Assembly (NCBI GenBank): GCA_030753015.1
Contig: JASMDC010000003.1
Location: 1-64,000, forward strand
Reading direction: 5' to 3'
From: Candidatus Undinarchaeales archaeon
GTDB lineage: Archaea > SpSt-1190 > JASMDC01
DNA: 64,000 bases
Shown here: in pieces, positions 1 through 10,038 of the stretch
Layout of the letters: the number at the start of each line of letters is the position of its first letter
Position numbering within the stretch: position 1 is the stretch's first letter
The notes under the pieces: model-generated
What the model saw: only the letters and a program-made list of their open reading frames with translations
What the model was told of the DNA's origin: nothing
The model's database searches: none
Position numbers and translations under genes: made by a program

Positions 1-968
1 TGCGGGAAGCGCTCGAGCACGCGTTCGCGTGCGAGCCGACCTCGTTCTCGGTCGGCGAGAGCTGTCCTGATGGCTTCTGCCGTGGCCTCGGGATCCTCGA
101 ACGGCACGTAATACCCCGTGTCGCCCACCACCTCGGGGATGGCGAACCGCTTAGTGACCACGGGCACGCACCCGCAGAGCATCGCTTCGGCCAGGGAGCA
201 GCCGAATCCCTCGTGACCCGACACCTGGACGTACACCTGCGATCGCCAGAGCAGGTCGATAACGTCGTCATTGTCCATGGGACCGGTGAACTCCACGTTC
301 GCTGACGCGCGCGACTTGAGCTCTTCCAGGCCCCCGTCCTCGCTCCCGCCCACCAGGATGAATCGTGTGTCGGGAAGGTACTGGGCCGCGTCGACGAAGG
401 TCCCATGGCCCTTGCGCCGCATGTTGGACGCCTTGATGTTGCCCACGCTCACCACGATGTCCTCACGCTCGCCACGCGGCTCGAACCGCTCGGGCCTGAA
501 ACCGAAGTGGAGGGTGCGCATGTCACGCGGTGTTGCGAACTCGAGGACCTCGCGTCGCGCCGACTCGGAGAAGGGGAGGACGAGGTCCGCGTGCTCCAGC
601 ACGTATCGGGAGACCGCCTCCTGCCATCCCGAGCACCGTGCGCCGTACGAGATTTCCGGAACGCAGGTAACGTCGTAGCCGCCGGTGACGAGCACCACGG
701 AGACCTTCCGTACCCGGGCGAGGAGCAGCGCCAGTAGCGCATGCCACCCGGCGAAGTAGACGTAGAGGAGGGAGGCGCGGCTGAGCCCGCGCCACATCTC
801 GAGCATCAGGCGCGGGAGGTTGCGGGTGGCCTGGACGCTCTCGATGTCGTACTCCTCCTCGAGGATGTCGCGGTCGCGCAGCGCGAACACCGAGAAGGTA
901 CGCGAGAGGAAGAGCACGATCGGACGTCCGCCCGGTGCCGATCCGTCCGACCCACGGTCCACCGCCAT
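1..968 (-). CDS. Glycosyltransferase family 4 (GT-B), 3' end runs off the window
   Basis: Manual translation from ATG at 968: MAVDRG...VLVTGGYD...NVEFTG...VQVSGHEGFGCSLAEAMLCGCVPVVT...IPEVVGDTG, the GT4 E-x7-E motif. Missing from the ORF track because no stop lies in the window. Confidence 0.85.
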   Translation of the reverse strand, partial: MAVDRGSDGSAPGGRPIVLFLSRTFSVFALRDRDILEEEYDIESVQATRNLPRLMLEMWRGLSRASLLYVYFAGWHALLALLLARVRKVSVVLVTGGYDVTCVPEISYGARCSGWQEAVSRYVLEHADLVLPFSESARREVLEFATPRDMRTLHFGFRPERFEPRGEREDIVVSVGNIKASNMRRKGHGTFVDAAQYLPDTRFILVGGSEDGGLEELKSRASANVEFTGPMDNDDVIDLLWRSQVYVQVSGHEGFGCSLAEAMLCGCVPVVTKRFAIPEVVGDTGYYVPFEDPEATAEAIRTALADRERGRLARERVLERFP

Positions 969-1119
969 TCCTCACAGACCTCCGTGGCGGGTACAGGGGT
1001 CTTCCTTTATTAGATGTTCGTTCTCAGCAACGGTGGTTGGACGGGTACGTCGGACTGGGCCGTCGGCGCGGCGGCAAACCTTAAAAATGGTTCCAATCCA
1101 ACCCATGCCGGGAATAGTC

Positions 1120-3600
1120 ATGCAAGAGTTCACGCCCGTGCTCACCGACAAGCGATGGAAGATCCAGCTCGAGCCCGAGATCGGCGCCACCTGGGAGAAG
1201 AAGGGCCACTATACGTTCGACCACACCAAGGACGCACAGGTGTGGTCCATCGACACCCCACCTCCCTACGCCAGCGGCAAGTGGCACCTCGGGGGGGCCA
1301 TCCACTACACGCTCATCGACATCATCGCGCGCATTAAGCGCATGAAGGGATTCAACGTGAACTTCCCCATGGGCATCGACCGCAACGGACTGCCCATCGA
1401 AGTGCAGGCTGAGAAGGAATTCAACGTCTCCATGCGCGATGTCCCCCGCGAGGACTTCCTGCGCATGTGCAAGGAGCTTTTAGACAAGTACGAGAGCCAG
1501 ATCGTGGACATGTGCCGGGCGCTGGGATTCTCTGTGAACTCGCTGGAGCATGATGGCGTGTACCGCACCGACGATCCCGGGTACCGCGCCTTGACCCAGG
1601 AAACCTTCATCGAGATGTGGAAGAAGGGCCTCATCTACGAGTCGGGCCGGCCGAACAACTACTGCACCGACTGCAACACGACCATCGCCGACGCCGAGAT
1701 CGAGTACGCGACGGCGCCCACCCAGTTCGTCCATCTCCGCTTCACCGTGAAGGAGACGGGTGACGAGCTCGTCATCGCCACCACCCGTCCCGAGCTCCTG
1801 TGCTCGTGCTCGTGCGTGCTGGTGCACCCGAAGGACGAGCGGTACGCCCATCTCCCCGGCAAGCACGCGATCGTCCCACACTACGGCATCGAGGTCCCCA
1901 TCATGACCCACCGGGAGGCCGATCCCGAGAAAGGGACCGGTGTCGTGATGATCTGCTCGTACGGTGACTCCACCGACGTGCGGCTCTACCGCGAGCTGGG
2001 CATGAAGCCCGTCATCGCCATCGACACATATGGTAAGATGCTCGACGTCGCTGGCGAGATCGCTGGATTGCCGGTGACCGAAGCACGGGAGAAGATCGTC
2101 CAGATCCTCGACGACGACGACGCCATCATCACGAAGGTGCGCATCAAGCACCCGACGCCCATCTGCTGGCGCTCCAAGACCCCCATCGAGTTCATCCCCA
2201 TGCCCGAGTACTACCTCAAGCAGGTGGACCACATCGACACCATCCGCGACTTCTCCAAGGATATCGAGTTCCACCCGCCCAACAGTCGCCAGCTCCTGCT
2301 CGACTGGCTGGACGCCGTCACTGTGGACTGGCCCATCTCCCGTCGCCGGTACTACGGAACCGAGGTGCCCGTGTGGTACTGTACGAAGTGCAACGAACCA
2401 CACGTGCCCGAGCCCGGACCCTACTACCAGCCGTGGAAGGACAAGCCGCCGTTCGACACGTGCACGAAGTGCGGGAACGGCGGGTTCCGCGGCGACGAGC
2501 GCGTGTTCGACACATGGATGGACTCGAGCATCTCACCGTTTTTCATAACAGGCTACAATCGCAACGAGGAGCTCTTCAAGAAGGCGTTCCCCTGCAGTGT
2601 GCGGCCGCAGGGCAAGGACATCGTCCGCACCTGGCTGTACTACACCCTGCTGCGCGGCTATCACCTAACCGGTAAGTCGGTGTTCGACCACGTGTGGATC
2701 AGCGGCCACGTGGTGGACGAGGATGGGCGAAAGATGTCAAAGAGCCTGGGCAACATCACCTACCCTGACCCCCTCATCAAGCAGTACGGCGCCGACGCGC
2801 TCCGGCTCTTCGGATGCCTGGAGGCCTCGCTCGGATCCGACATCCGGTTCTCCGAGGAGCGTCTCAAGGGTGCGTCCAAGTACGTCCAGAAGCTCTTCAA
2901 CATCTCGCGGTTCGTCTCCATGTTCCCGCTCGTGGAGGACCCGGCCGATGTGGAGCTACAGGGCATGGACCGGTGGGCGCTCGCGTCCCTCAACAAGATG
3001 GTCGCCGACGCCGAGAAGGGGTACGATGCACTTGACTTCCTCTTCCCCGCCGTCTCCGTGCGGTCGTTCACGTGGAGCGTGTTCGCCGACATCTACCTCG
3101 AGGCGGTGAAGCGACGGGCGTACAACTCGGACGGCGAGTTCTCCGAGGCGCAGCAGAAGGCCGCATGGTTCACCCTGCACTACTGCATGAAGACCATCCT
3201 CAAGGTCACCGCCCCGATCATGCCTTTCGTCACCGACCACGTGTGGACCACGGTGTACGCCAAGACCACCATCCATCACGAGGCCTACCCCGAGCCCACC
3301 GAGCTGGCGGAAGATGCGTTCACCGACCTCACCGGCACCATCACGCAGCTCCTCTCCTTCGTGTGGAAGGAGAAGAAGAGCGAGGACCGGAAGAAGGAGC
3401 GACCGGACGTCAAGCTCAACCTCCGCTCGGAGGTGGCCGAGCTCTGGATCCCCCCCAGCCTCGAGCCGTTCATCTTGGACATCAAGGCCATGCACAACGC
3501 CAAGGAGTGCTCGATCGGGGCCCCGGCGAGCGAGGAGGGCTACCTCGTGGCCGAGGTGGCGTCCGACCAGAAGGCCTATCTCAAGGTCTGGACCGACTGA
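1120..3600 (+). CDS. valS: Valyl-tRNA synthetase (archaeal type)
   Basis: DTPPPY..G.WHLGG (HIGH), ATTRPE and GTGVVM editing-domain motifs, DWPISRRRYYG, KMSKSLGN. Start placed at ATG 1120 after TATA-like CCTTAAAAA (~1079); ATG 1105 is an alternative. Confidence 0.95.
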   Translation: MQEFTPVLTDKRWKIQLEPEIGATWEKKGHYTFDHTKDAQVWSIDTPPPYASGKWHLGGAIHYTLIDIIARIKRMKGFNVNFPMGIDRNGLPIEVQAEKEFNVSMRDVPREDFLRMCKELLDKYESQIVDMCRALGFSVNSLEHDGVYRTDDPGYRALTQETFIEMWKKGLIYESGRPNNYCTDCNTTIADAEIEYATAPTQFVHLRFTVKETGDELVIATTRPELLCSCSCVLVHPKDERYAHLPGKHAIVPHYGIEVPIMTHREADPEKGTGVVMICSYGDSTDVRLYRELGMKPVIAIDTYGKMLDVAGEIAGLPVTEAREKIVQILDDDDAIITKVRIKHPTPICWRSKTPIEFIPMPEYYLKQVDHIDTIRDFSKDIEFHPPNSRQLLLDWLDAVTVDWPISRRRYYGTEVPVWYCTKCNEPHVPEPGPYYQPWKDKPPFDTCTKCGNGGFRGDERVFDTWMDSSISPFFITGYNRNEELFKKAFPCSVRPQGKDIVRTWLYYTLLRGYHLTGKSVFDHVWISGHVVDEDGRKMSKSLGNITYPDPLIKQYGADALRLFGCLEASLGSDIRFSEERLKGASKYVQKLFNISRFVSMFPLVEDPADVELQGMDRWALASLNKMVADAEKGYDALDFLFPAVSVRSFTWSVFADIYLEAVKRRAYNSDGEFSEAQQKAAWFTLHYCMKTILKVTAPIMPFVTDHVWTTVYAKTTIHHEAYPEPTELAEDAFTDLTGTITQLLSFVWKEKKSEDRKKERPDVKLNLRSEVAELWIPPSLEPFILDIKAMHNAKECSIGAPASEEGYLVAEVASDQKAYLKVWTD

Positions 3601-3615
3601 GAGTGCGTGGACATC

Positions 3616-4338
3616 ATGGCCAGCCTCTCCGTGAACGGTCTGTTCAAGCAGTACGACGGTCGCCCGGTCGTAAACGGCGTCTCCTTCGCCGTGGACAGGG
3701 GCGAGGTCGTCGGCCTCCTGGGCCCCAACGGTGCCGGGAAGACCACGATATTCCGCATGGTGATGGGGCTCATCACCCCTGACGGTGGCTCCGTCGTCGT
3801 GGACGGGCGGTCCGTCGACACCGATCCCGAGGCCGTACGGAAGCTCGTGGGCTACCTTCCGGAGGTCACGAGCCTCTACCGAGAGATGACGGTGCGTCAG
3901 CTTGGGGAGTACTTCGCCGACCTGCACGGCGTGCCCTTCGATGAGAAGCTCCTGGACACCGTGGGGCTCACCGAGCGGGCGGATGACCGGTTCCAGATCC
4001 TCTCCTACGGACTCCAGCGGCGTGCCGGGCTGCTCATCGCGCTCGTGCACGACCCGCCCCTCCTTGTACTGGACGAGATGACCAAGGGGCTGGATCCCGT
4101 GAGCGCACATGCGGTCCGCAACCTGGTGAGGGAGCTGGTAAAGAGCGGCAAGTGCGTGCTCTCCAGCACCCACAACCTCTGGGAGGCCGAGCGTGTGTCG
4201 GACCGTGTGCTCATCCTCAACGAGGGACGGCTGGTGCGTGAGGTCGACCTCCACAAGGAGAAAGAAGGGCTGGAGTCCATCTTCATGAAGGCGCTGGGGC
4301 TCGATCCCGACGAGATAAAGGGGGCCGACGACCAGTAG
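3616..4338 (+). CDS. ABC transporter ATP-binding protein
   Basis: Walker A GPNGAGKTT, signature LSYG, Walker B LLVLDE, STH switch. Confidence 0.92.
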   Translation: MASLSVNGLFKQYDGRPVVNGVSFAVDRGEVVGLLGPNGAGKTTIFRMVMGLITPDGGSVVVDGRSVDTDPEAVRKLVGYLPEVTSLYREMTVRQLGEYFADLHGVPFDEKLLDTVGLTERADDRFQILSYGLQRRAGLLIALVHDPPLLVLDEMTKGLDPVSAHAVRNLVRELVKSGKCVLSSTHNLWEAERVSDRVLILNEGRLVREVDLHKEKEGLESIFMKALGLDPDEIKGADDQ

Positions 4339-4360
4339 GAGCGATGCAGGGGACGGATAT

Positions 4361-6106
4361 ATGACACGGCACTTCCCTTTCCTCGACCGGCTGGCCCTTG
4401 GATCGGTGCTCTCTCTCTACGTCCTTGTCATGCTCCTCTACCTCATCTTCAACGCTACGGCGGAGGCACTGCCTGTGTCAAAGGGCATCTTCCCCGTAGC
4501 AGTGAAAGGTGACGCGCGCCTAGTGAGCGCCATGGGATACACACTCGCATCGTCGACTTCTTGGGACAGTTACTGGGTGATCGTCCAGGGGAACCGGGTG
4601 AGTATCGCCTTCCCGTCCAATATCGGAGGAAAGATCGTCGGCGGATTCCTGTACAACGATATACGGGATGTGAACGACAACATCCTCGCCGACCAGCCTC
4701 CGGGGTACCGCAGCCCTCTCCTGGTGGACGAGGACGAGCTGCGCCAGGACGTCATAATCAACTTCCGCGGCGGTGGGCTGCTCGTCCCCGAGCGTACTGA
4801 GATCGCGTCAACAGCACCGCGGGGCGAGACCGAGGTCGTGGACGATCAGCTCGATTCGTATTTCGAGGACGAACGGTTCCTCGTACAGGGAGGCCGGGCC
4901 GATCTAACGCTGGACCTTGAGCGTGCGCTCAAACCGCTCTCCTTCGAAGTGGAGGAGGAGGGAGAGGAACTGCGCGAGCCCGGTGCGGAGGTGCTCGAGG
5001 TGGTCCAACGGCTCTTCACCCCGCTAGTCCTTATCCTCCCCATCATCATAATCGCCAACCTATTCGCTCTCATTATTTCGCGCGAGAAGTACGCAGGGTA
5101 CCTGGAGGTGCTCATCCCCTATGAGGGGAGATGGGGTTACATATCACGGCGGATGGTGCCACTGATGGCGGTCGCCATGGTGCTGGAGGGCTCGGTGCTC
5201 CTGTCCATGGGTACACCTTGGCTGGATATGCTGTCTACGGTCGCACTGCTCCTCCCCATGGCCGCGGTCTACTTTCTGTCCAACCTCATGGTAGTCGTCG
5301 TGTGCTCCTCCGTAACCCAGGTCTCAAACCTCATCATCCTGGCCAATATGTTCATCTCCGCCTACTTCATCATTCCGTCCTTCTTTCTCAATGTCTCCGA
5401 GCGGGCGGCGCTCTCACCACTTTCTGGTGTTGTACAGCTCCTGAGCGGACTGCCCGTGGACACCGATGCTACCTTACGGGCCCTGTCCTTTACCCTTCTG
5501 GTCGCCATGCTCCAGGCCTACTGGCTTGTGCTGCTCTTCCGGGGAGAGCGAGTTGTGGCGGCCAATTCGCTCCGTTCGACCCTCTCATCGGCGCTGGTCC
5601 GGTACGCACCGCGGCCGGGTTTCCTTCCGTCGTTCTTCGTGGTATACGGCGCAACGGCGGTGCTGGCAGGATTTGTGGTACAGACCATGCTCGGTTTCAT
5701 GCTCGCCCGCGGCCCCTTCCTCTACCCGCTCCTCATCGCGGGATTCGTGTTCATGGAGGAGGTCCTGAAGGCCTGGCCGCTGGCGTTCCTGCGCCTCCCG
5801 AACGAGGTGAACGGACGCGAGGTGGGGTTCGGCGTCCTTATCGGAACCGCCTTCTTCCTCACCGAGAAATATCTCCAGCTGATGTTCCTCCGCCTCCTCT
5901 TCGGGGTCGACTTCCTCTACGCGCTCCTGCACACCCTGTTCCAGACCCGTGCCATATGGACGACCCTGGTGGTCCACCCGCTCGCCACGGCACTCTTCGC
6001 CCACCTCCGGTTCCGCCGGGGATGGAGCACGTGGCGTGCCCTGGCGGCCGGGACCGCCCTACACCTGTGCTACAACGCGCTCGTGCTCTCGGGGGTATGG
6101 ATCTGA
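4361..6106 (+). CDS. ABC-2-type permease fused to C-terminal PrsW-family intramembrane metalloprotease
   Basis: Multi-TM permease, then EEVLK, GTAFFLTEK, VVH and LHLCYN matching the PrsW EExxK/FxxxE/H/HxxxN motifs. Confidence 0.7.
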   Translation: MTRHFPFLDRLALGSVLSLYVLVMLLYLIFNATAEALPVSKGIFPVAVKGDARLVSAMGYTLASSTSWDSYWVIVQGNRVSIAFPSNIGGKIVGGFLYNDIRDVNDNILADQPPGYRSPLLVDEDELRQDVIINFRGGGLLVPERTEIASTAPRGETEVVDDQLDSYFEDERFLVQGGRADLTLDLERALKPLSFEVEEEGEELREPGAEVLEVVQRLFTPLVLILPIIIIANLFALIISREKYAGYLEVLIPYEGRWGYISRRMVPLMAVAMVLEGSVLLSMGTPWLDMLSTVALLLPMAAVYFLSNLMVVVVCSSVTQVSNLIILANMFISAYFIIPSFFLNVSERAALSPLSGVVQLLSGLPVDTDATLRALSFTLLVAMLQAYWLVLLFRGERVVAANSLRSTLSSALVRYAPRPGFLPSFFVVYGATAVLAGFVVQTMLGFMLARGPFLYPLLIAGFVFMEEVLKAWPLAFLRLPNEVNGREVGFGVLIGTAFFLTEKYLQLMFLRLLFGVDFLYALLHTLFQTRAIWTTLVVHPLATALFAHLRFRRGWSTWRALAAGTALHLCYNALVLSGVWI

Positions 6107-7197
6107 TGGCGGAGAGGGGCGGTGGCAGGACGTGGCGGGTGTTCCGGCACGAATTGGTCTCCACGGCCCTCAATCCTTCCTTCCTCATCGCTCTTGTCAT
6201 CCAGTGCCTGTTCGTCATGGTATGCCTCATCGTAGTATTCGTGCTGGTCAACGTCCTCTTCCCCGGAGGGATGCGCACGAGGATGCGCTACAATATCGGG
6301 GTGTTCCCGGCCGAGGATAACTTCCTGATGGACTATCTCGCCGAACCACGGTCGGCGCGAGTGCGTCCGTATGCGGACCTGGAGAGTGCCCGGGCCGACT
6401 TCCAGCAGGGCAAGCTCTGCACCCTGATCGTGCTTCCCGCTGACCTGGACCGGTTCCGTGACTCGGCCAACCAGATCATCGTTTCTGTCGTCTCTGACGA
6501 TACCAAGCTCTACTCCACGGTCTGCAAGAACTATATCATGCGGCAACTGGAGCTGCTCAATTATCAGCTCAAGCTCGAGCGCGGTCTGGACGCGGGCCTC
6601 GTTCTGTTCCGCACGGACTTCGAAGAGGACCCGAACTATACATTCTATCTGGCCCTCTACTTCTTCATGATCCCCTTCGTGTTCATCTTCCCATGTCTGG
6701 TCATGGCCACTCTTGCAGTGGACCTCTTCACACCCGAGCTGGAGGGCGGTGTTGCCGAGAGCTTGCTGTCCGCGGCCTTGCCCCGGGACGTTGTATATGG
6801 GCGCTACTGGGCGCTCATGACGCTCTCGTTCGTTCAGTTCGTGTTCTGGGTCGTTGTGTTCTCGCTCCAGCGTCTTGTGTTCGGTGATCCCGTGGGTGTG
6901 CTGATCGTGTCGGTCTGCCTGTGCGCGCTCATCATTGGAGTAGCCACCTTTCTCATCGCACGTAGCAAGGATCGCAACGCGACCTATGTCCAGCTCTCGA
7001 TGCTCATGTTCGCAGCGCTCGTGATAACCATGCCCCTGCGGAGCCTGTCGGTGGTCCGCGCCATCTCGCCCCTGGAAGTATACCCTCGGCTCTTCTTCGG
7101 TGTGGGCTCGTGGTGGCCTGCCGCCGTTGCGTACGCGGTAGGGGCGGTGCTCTGCGTGTCGCAGGCATCAAAGGTGTACGGGCTACGGACCGGTTAG
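6106..7197 (+). CDS. ABC-2-type permease
   Basis: ATG overlaps the upstream stop (TGATG). N-terminal TM, extracellular loop, E.EGG.AESLL motif and several C-terminal TMs. Confidence 0.8.
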   Translation: MAERGGGRTWRVFRHELVSTALNPSFLIALVIQCLFVMVCLIVVFVLVNVLFPGGMRTRMRYNIGVFPAEDNFLMDYLAEPRSARVRPYADLESARADFQQGKLCTLIVLPADLDRFRDSANQIIVSVVSDDTKLYSTVCKNYIMRQLELLNYQLKLERGLDAGLVLFRTDFEEDPNYTFYLALYFFMIPFVFIFPCLVMATLAVDLFTPELEGGVAESLLSAALPRDVVYGRYWALMTLSFVQFVFWVVVFSLQRLVFGDPVGVLIVSVCLCALIIGVATFLIARSKDRNATYVQLSMLMFAALVITMPLRSLSVVRAISPLEVYPRLFFGVGSWWPAAVAYAVGAVLCVSQASKVYGLRTG

Positions 7198-7235
7198 TCC
7201 GCAGCCCTATAATGGTATGATGGGCAGACGCCCGA

Positions 7236-8186
7236 TCATTCCTCTTCCTCGGCCACGTCCTCGGCTACTTCCTCGGTCACTTCCTCAGCCGCTTCCTCGG
7301 CTACTTCCTCCTTGACTGGAGGCGCCGTCTCCGCGGTCCGCGACTCGATCTGGCTCTCAAGAGCGCTGATACGCGCCTCAAGGCGCTTACGCTCAGCGAT
7401 GGCAGTGGTGCTGCGTTCAATGTCCTTGATGTAGTTGAAGCCGATGGAGAGGATTACCAGGAAGATGAAGAGCAAGGTCACACCGAGGGCCTGGAAAGGC
7501 AAACCTATCCCGGACACATCGGCAGACTTGAGAGACGCCGAAGTCTCCTTGAGCAGGTCCTCAACGGTGCCGAGGGTGGTACCGGTCTCGCTGGCGAGCG
7601 AGTCAATGTTGCCGCCCACATCGTCAACGGTGACCGTGATCTCCTTGATGGTCTCAAAGGTCTTGGCGGTCTCGGCGAGCGTCTCCGACGATTTCTTGAG
7701 CTGGGCCGCGATGTTCACCGTGTTATCCTTAGCCCCGGCGAACTGCTTGCCTGCTGTCTCGAACTCGGTCCCGATGGAGGCCGCCTGTGGGAGCATGGTG
7801 ATGGCCTTGAACTTTGTACCGATAGAGCCCATGGAGCCGGAGATCTTGTCGAGGTCATCCCCGAACGAGTTGAGCGTCCCCTCTGCGTCACCGAGCGTCG
7901 ACTCGAGCTCGTTGAGGTTCTTCTTCCCGGTGTCCGCGGTCGTTGTCACCTTTTCGGAGAGCTCGTCGAGCGAACCCTTGAACTCACCGGACAGCTGGAC
8001 GATCTTGGTCTCGTACCCGCCGACCTTGCCGGCAAGGTTGTCGATCTTTACCGCAGTGTCGCCGAGCGTGGCCTTGAGCGGTTCAGCTACCATCCCGGGC
8101 AGCATGACGATCATCGCTAGGGACATGAGGACGCCGACAGCGCCCAAGGCGATGATAAGCATTCCAATTATCTTTTCGGATTCCAT
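7236..8186 (-). CDS. Membrane protein with long coiled-coil between two TM helices and an acidic tail
   Basis: 316-aa ORF with TM at both ends, heptad-like Ala/Ser/Thr/Lys core and EEVAEEAAEEVTEEVAED tail. Confidence 0.7.
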   Translation of the reverse strand: MESEKIIGMLIIALGAVGVLMSLAMIVMLPGMVAEPLKATLGDTAVKIDNLAGKVGGYETKIVQLSGEFKGSLDELSEKVTTTADTGKKNLNELESTLGDAEGTLNSFGDDLDKISGSMGSIGTKFKAITMLPQAASIGTEFETAGKQFAGAKDNTVNIAAQLKKSSETLAETAKTFETIKEITVTVDDVGGNIDSLASETGTTLGTVEDLLKETSASLKSADVSGIGLPFQALGVTLLFIFLVILSIGFNYIKDIERSTTAIAERKRLEARISALESQIESRTAETAPPVKEEVAEEAAEEVTEEVAEDVAEEEE

Positions 8187-8231
8187 GTACGCAGGGACCG
8201 GGGAAAATATTAAATGCCTTCGCAGAACGCG

Positions 8232-8891
8232 TCAGCGCTTCAGGGAGACGATGCGGAAAGCATCCACAGCGTCGTCCGACATATCAGTTATATCCTCGAA
8301 CCGACCTATGAGCTCCCGAAGGAAGAATTCCTGGGTCACGTCGAGGTTCCGTCGTTCGATGACCTTGGATAGGATGTCAAACTTGATCTCGTCGGCATCG
8401 CGCTCGGCCTGGGACACTCGATGCGCATACTTCATGAGTACCGTCAGGTCCCGATGCTCTTCTGCGGCACCGCGCAGGCTCTCCACACACTCACGTGTCT
8501 TGGCGGCAAGGCGGAGGATATCATCGTTCAGCTCGGCGGGGAGCTCGATCTTGTTGGCAAGAAGGAGTGCCTTGGCCGCTTGCTCGATATGCTCGATAAG
8601 GTGCTCGAGCCGCTGAGCGATCGTCATGAGGTCCTGCTTCTCACTGGCGGGGAGCAGGCTCTTGGCCAGGCGTTCGGTGAGCGTGTCGAAGATAGCGTCA
8701 GCTTGGCTCTCGAGGGCCACGGCACGGTCGGCGTGCTTAGTATAGTCCGGCTCCCTGGCAACATAGCCCTTGGTCGCGGTCTCCAGCTCTTTTACGGCCT
8801 CGACCGCGATGTCCATGTGTCGGTCGAGCATGCTCGTGAACCGCGCCTCCTTCTTCCCGCCCATCCAGAAGAACGCGCTCTCAAGCACCAT
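8232..8891 (-). CDS. DUF47 / PhoU-like phosphate transport regulator
   Basis: LESQADAI...ERDADEIK...EDITDMSDDAVD duplicated acidic helical motifs. Confidence 0.85.
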   Translation of the reverse strand: MVLESAFFWMGGKKEARFTSMLDRHMDIAVEAVKELETATKGYVAREPDYTKHADRAVALESQADAIFDTLTERLAKSLLPASEKQDLMTIAQRLEHLIEHIEQAAKALLLANKIELPAELNDDILRLAAKTRECVESLRGAAEEHRDLTVLMKYAHRVSQAERDADEIKFDILSKVIERRNLDVTQEFFLRELIGRFEDITDMSDDAVDAFRIVSLKR

Positions 8892-8944
8892 TGACGGGAT
8901 ACACTACAGCCAGTTTTAAATGTCTGCCCGGCACACCTCCCGCT

Positions 8945-9559
8945 ATGGGTGGGCTTGCCCGGGGTCGAGTGACGGAGAAGGGGCGGCCGCTCATCGCCAT
9001 TTCAGGTACACCCGGGACCGGAAAGAGCGCCGTCGCAGAGGCGCTCGGGCCCCGTCTGGGGCTGCCCGTGATCGCCCTCAACGAACTTGTTCGAGAGCGT
9101 GGGTTGGGGCGCGGTTCATACGATGGCTCGATGGTCGTGGACGAGGAGGGCGTACACGAGGCGCTCAAAGCGATTGACAGGCCATCGGTCGTGGAAGGGC
9201 ACTTCGCCGATCTGGCACCGGCCGACCGGGTCAGCCGGCTCTTCGTGCTCCGCTGTCGCCCCCGGGAGCTCGCTGATCGACTAGCGCCTCGAGACTACTC
9301 CCTTGAGAAGCTCCGCGAGAACATCCTGGCCGAAGGGCTGGATACTTGCCTCATCGACGCCGTGACGGCGCTGGGCGAGGAAAGGGTGTCCGAGGCGGAC
9401 ACCACGAGGCGGTGTCCTGAGGACGTTGCCACTGAGCTCGAGAAGGTGCTCCGGGGAGAACGAACACCGCCTGTGCCAGGACGTTTCTCCCACCTTGAGG
9501 AGGCTCTCGAGATCGTGAACGGTCTGGGTGGCGTAGGTCCTGACGTCATGCTTCACTGA
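8945..9559 (+). CDS. Adenylate kinase AK6/Fap7 family
   Basis: ISGTPGTGKS P-loop, VVEGH, VLRC.P..L..RL..R.Y...K..ENI.AE. Start uncertain (8945 or 8969). Confidence 0.88.
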   Translation: MGGLARGRVTEKGRPLIAISGTPGTGKSAVAEALGPRLGLPVIALNELVRERGLGRGSYDGSMVVDEEGVHEALKAIDRPSVVEGHFADLAPADRVSRLFVLRCRPRELADRLAPRDYSLEKLRENILAEGLDTCLIDAVTALGEERVSEADTTRRCPEDVATELEKVLRGERTPPVPGRFSHLEEALEIVNGLGGVGPDVMLH

Positions 9560-10028
9560 ATTCCCAGATAGGATCGCCTACGTAGTGGAGCACTCCGACA
9601 CCCTTGCCTTGGCCACCCGCCAGCTCGTCCGCGAGATGGAGCGATCTCCCCACGGCGAGCGGTTTACCGTGAGTATCGTCCACGATAAGGACCAGGTCGT
9701 CCACTACTACGGCTGGATCACTGCGCACGATACCGGGTCGCATGACATCGGCCCCGTTAGTGACATAGGGTATGGCGCCACGGTCAACCGCGACCCGCTT
9801 CATGCCCAGGTCATCCTTAACCAGATGTCCTAGGAAAGGGAATATATCGTCGCCCATTATGACGAAGGTCCGATCTCCGTTCACGATGAGAAGGGAGAAT
9901 GTTTCGGTCTCCAACACCTCCACTTGGCCGTCGAGGATCCGGGCGGCCCGCTCCGAGAGGGACGAAGCGAGGCGCTGTCTGAAGGCCTTTACCTCCTTCT
10001 TCCGCAGGAAGTGACGCTTCGTCCTCAT
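9546..10028 (-). CDS. PUA-domain RNA-binding protein (MCT-1/Tma20-like, DUF1947+PUA)
   Basis: VDRGAIPYVTNGADVMRPGI...HGKPLAVG...GKG...LHYVGD.IW. Confidence 0.9.
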   Translation of the reverse strand: MRTKRHFLRKKEVKAFRQRLASSLSERAARILDGQVEVLETETFSLLIVNGDRTFVIMGDDIFPFLGHLVKDDLGMKRVAVDRGAIPYVTNGADVMRPGIVRSDPAVVVDDLVLIVDDTHGKPLAVGRSLHLADELAGGQGKGVGVLHYVGDPIWEFSEA

Positions 10029-10038
10029 CAGACCGGCC

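Noticed and set aside
5131-6105. Upstream extension of the 688-aa ORF
   Set aside because: Overlaps the PrsW-fusion gene out of frame; the real start is ATG 6106.
7236-8186. Methyl-accepting chemotaxis protein
   Set aside because: Coiled coil lies between the two TMs and the conserved signaling hairpin is absent.
7435-8616. Long antisense and alternative-frame ORFs (also 1480-2403, 2956-4254, 18616-19890, 39921-41429)
   Set aside because: Shadows of real genes in GC-rich DNA, with no recognizable motifs.
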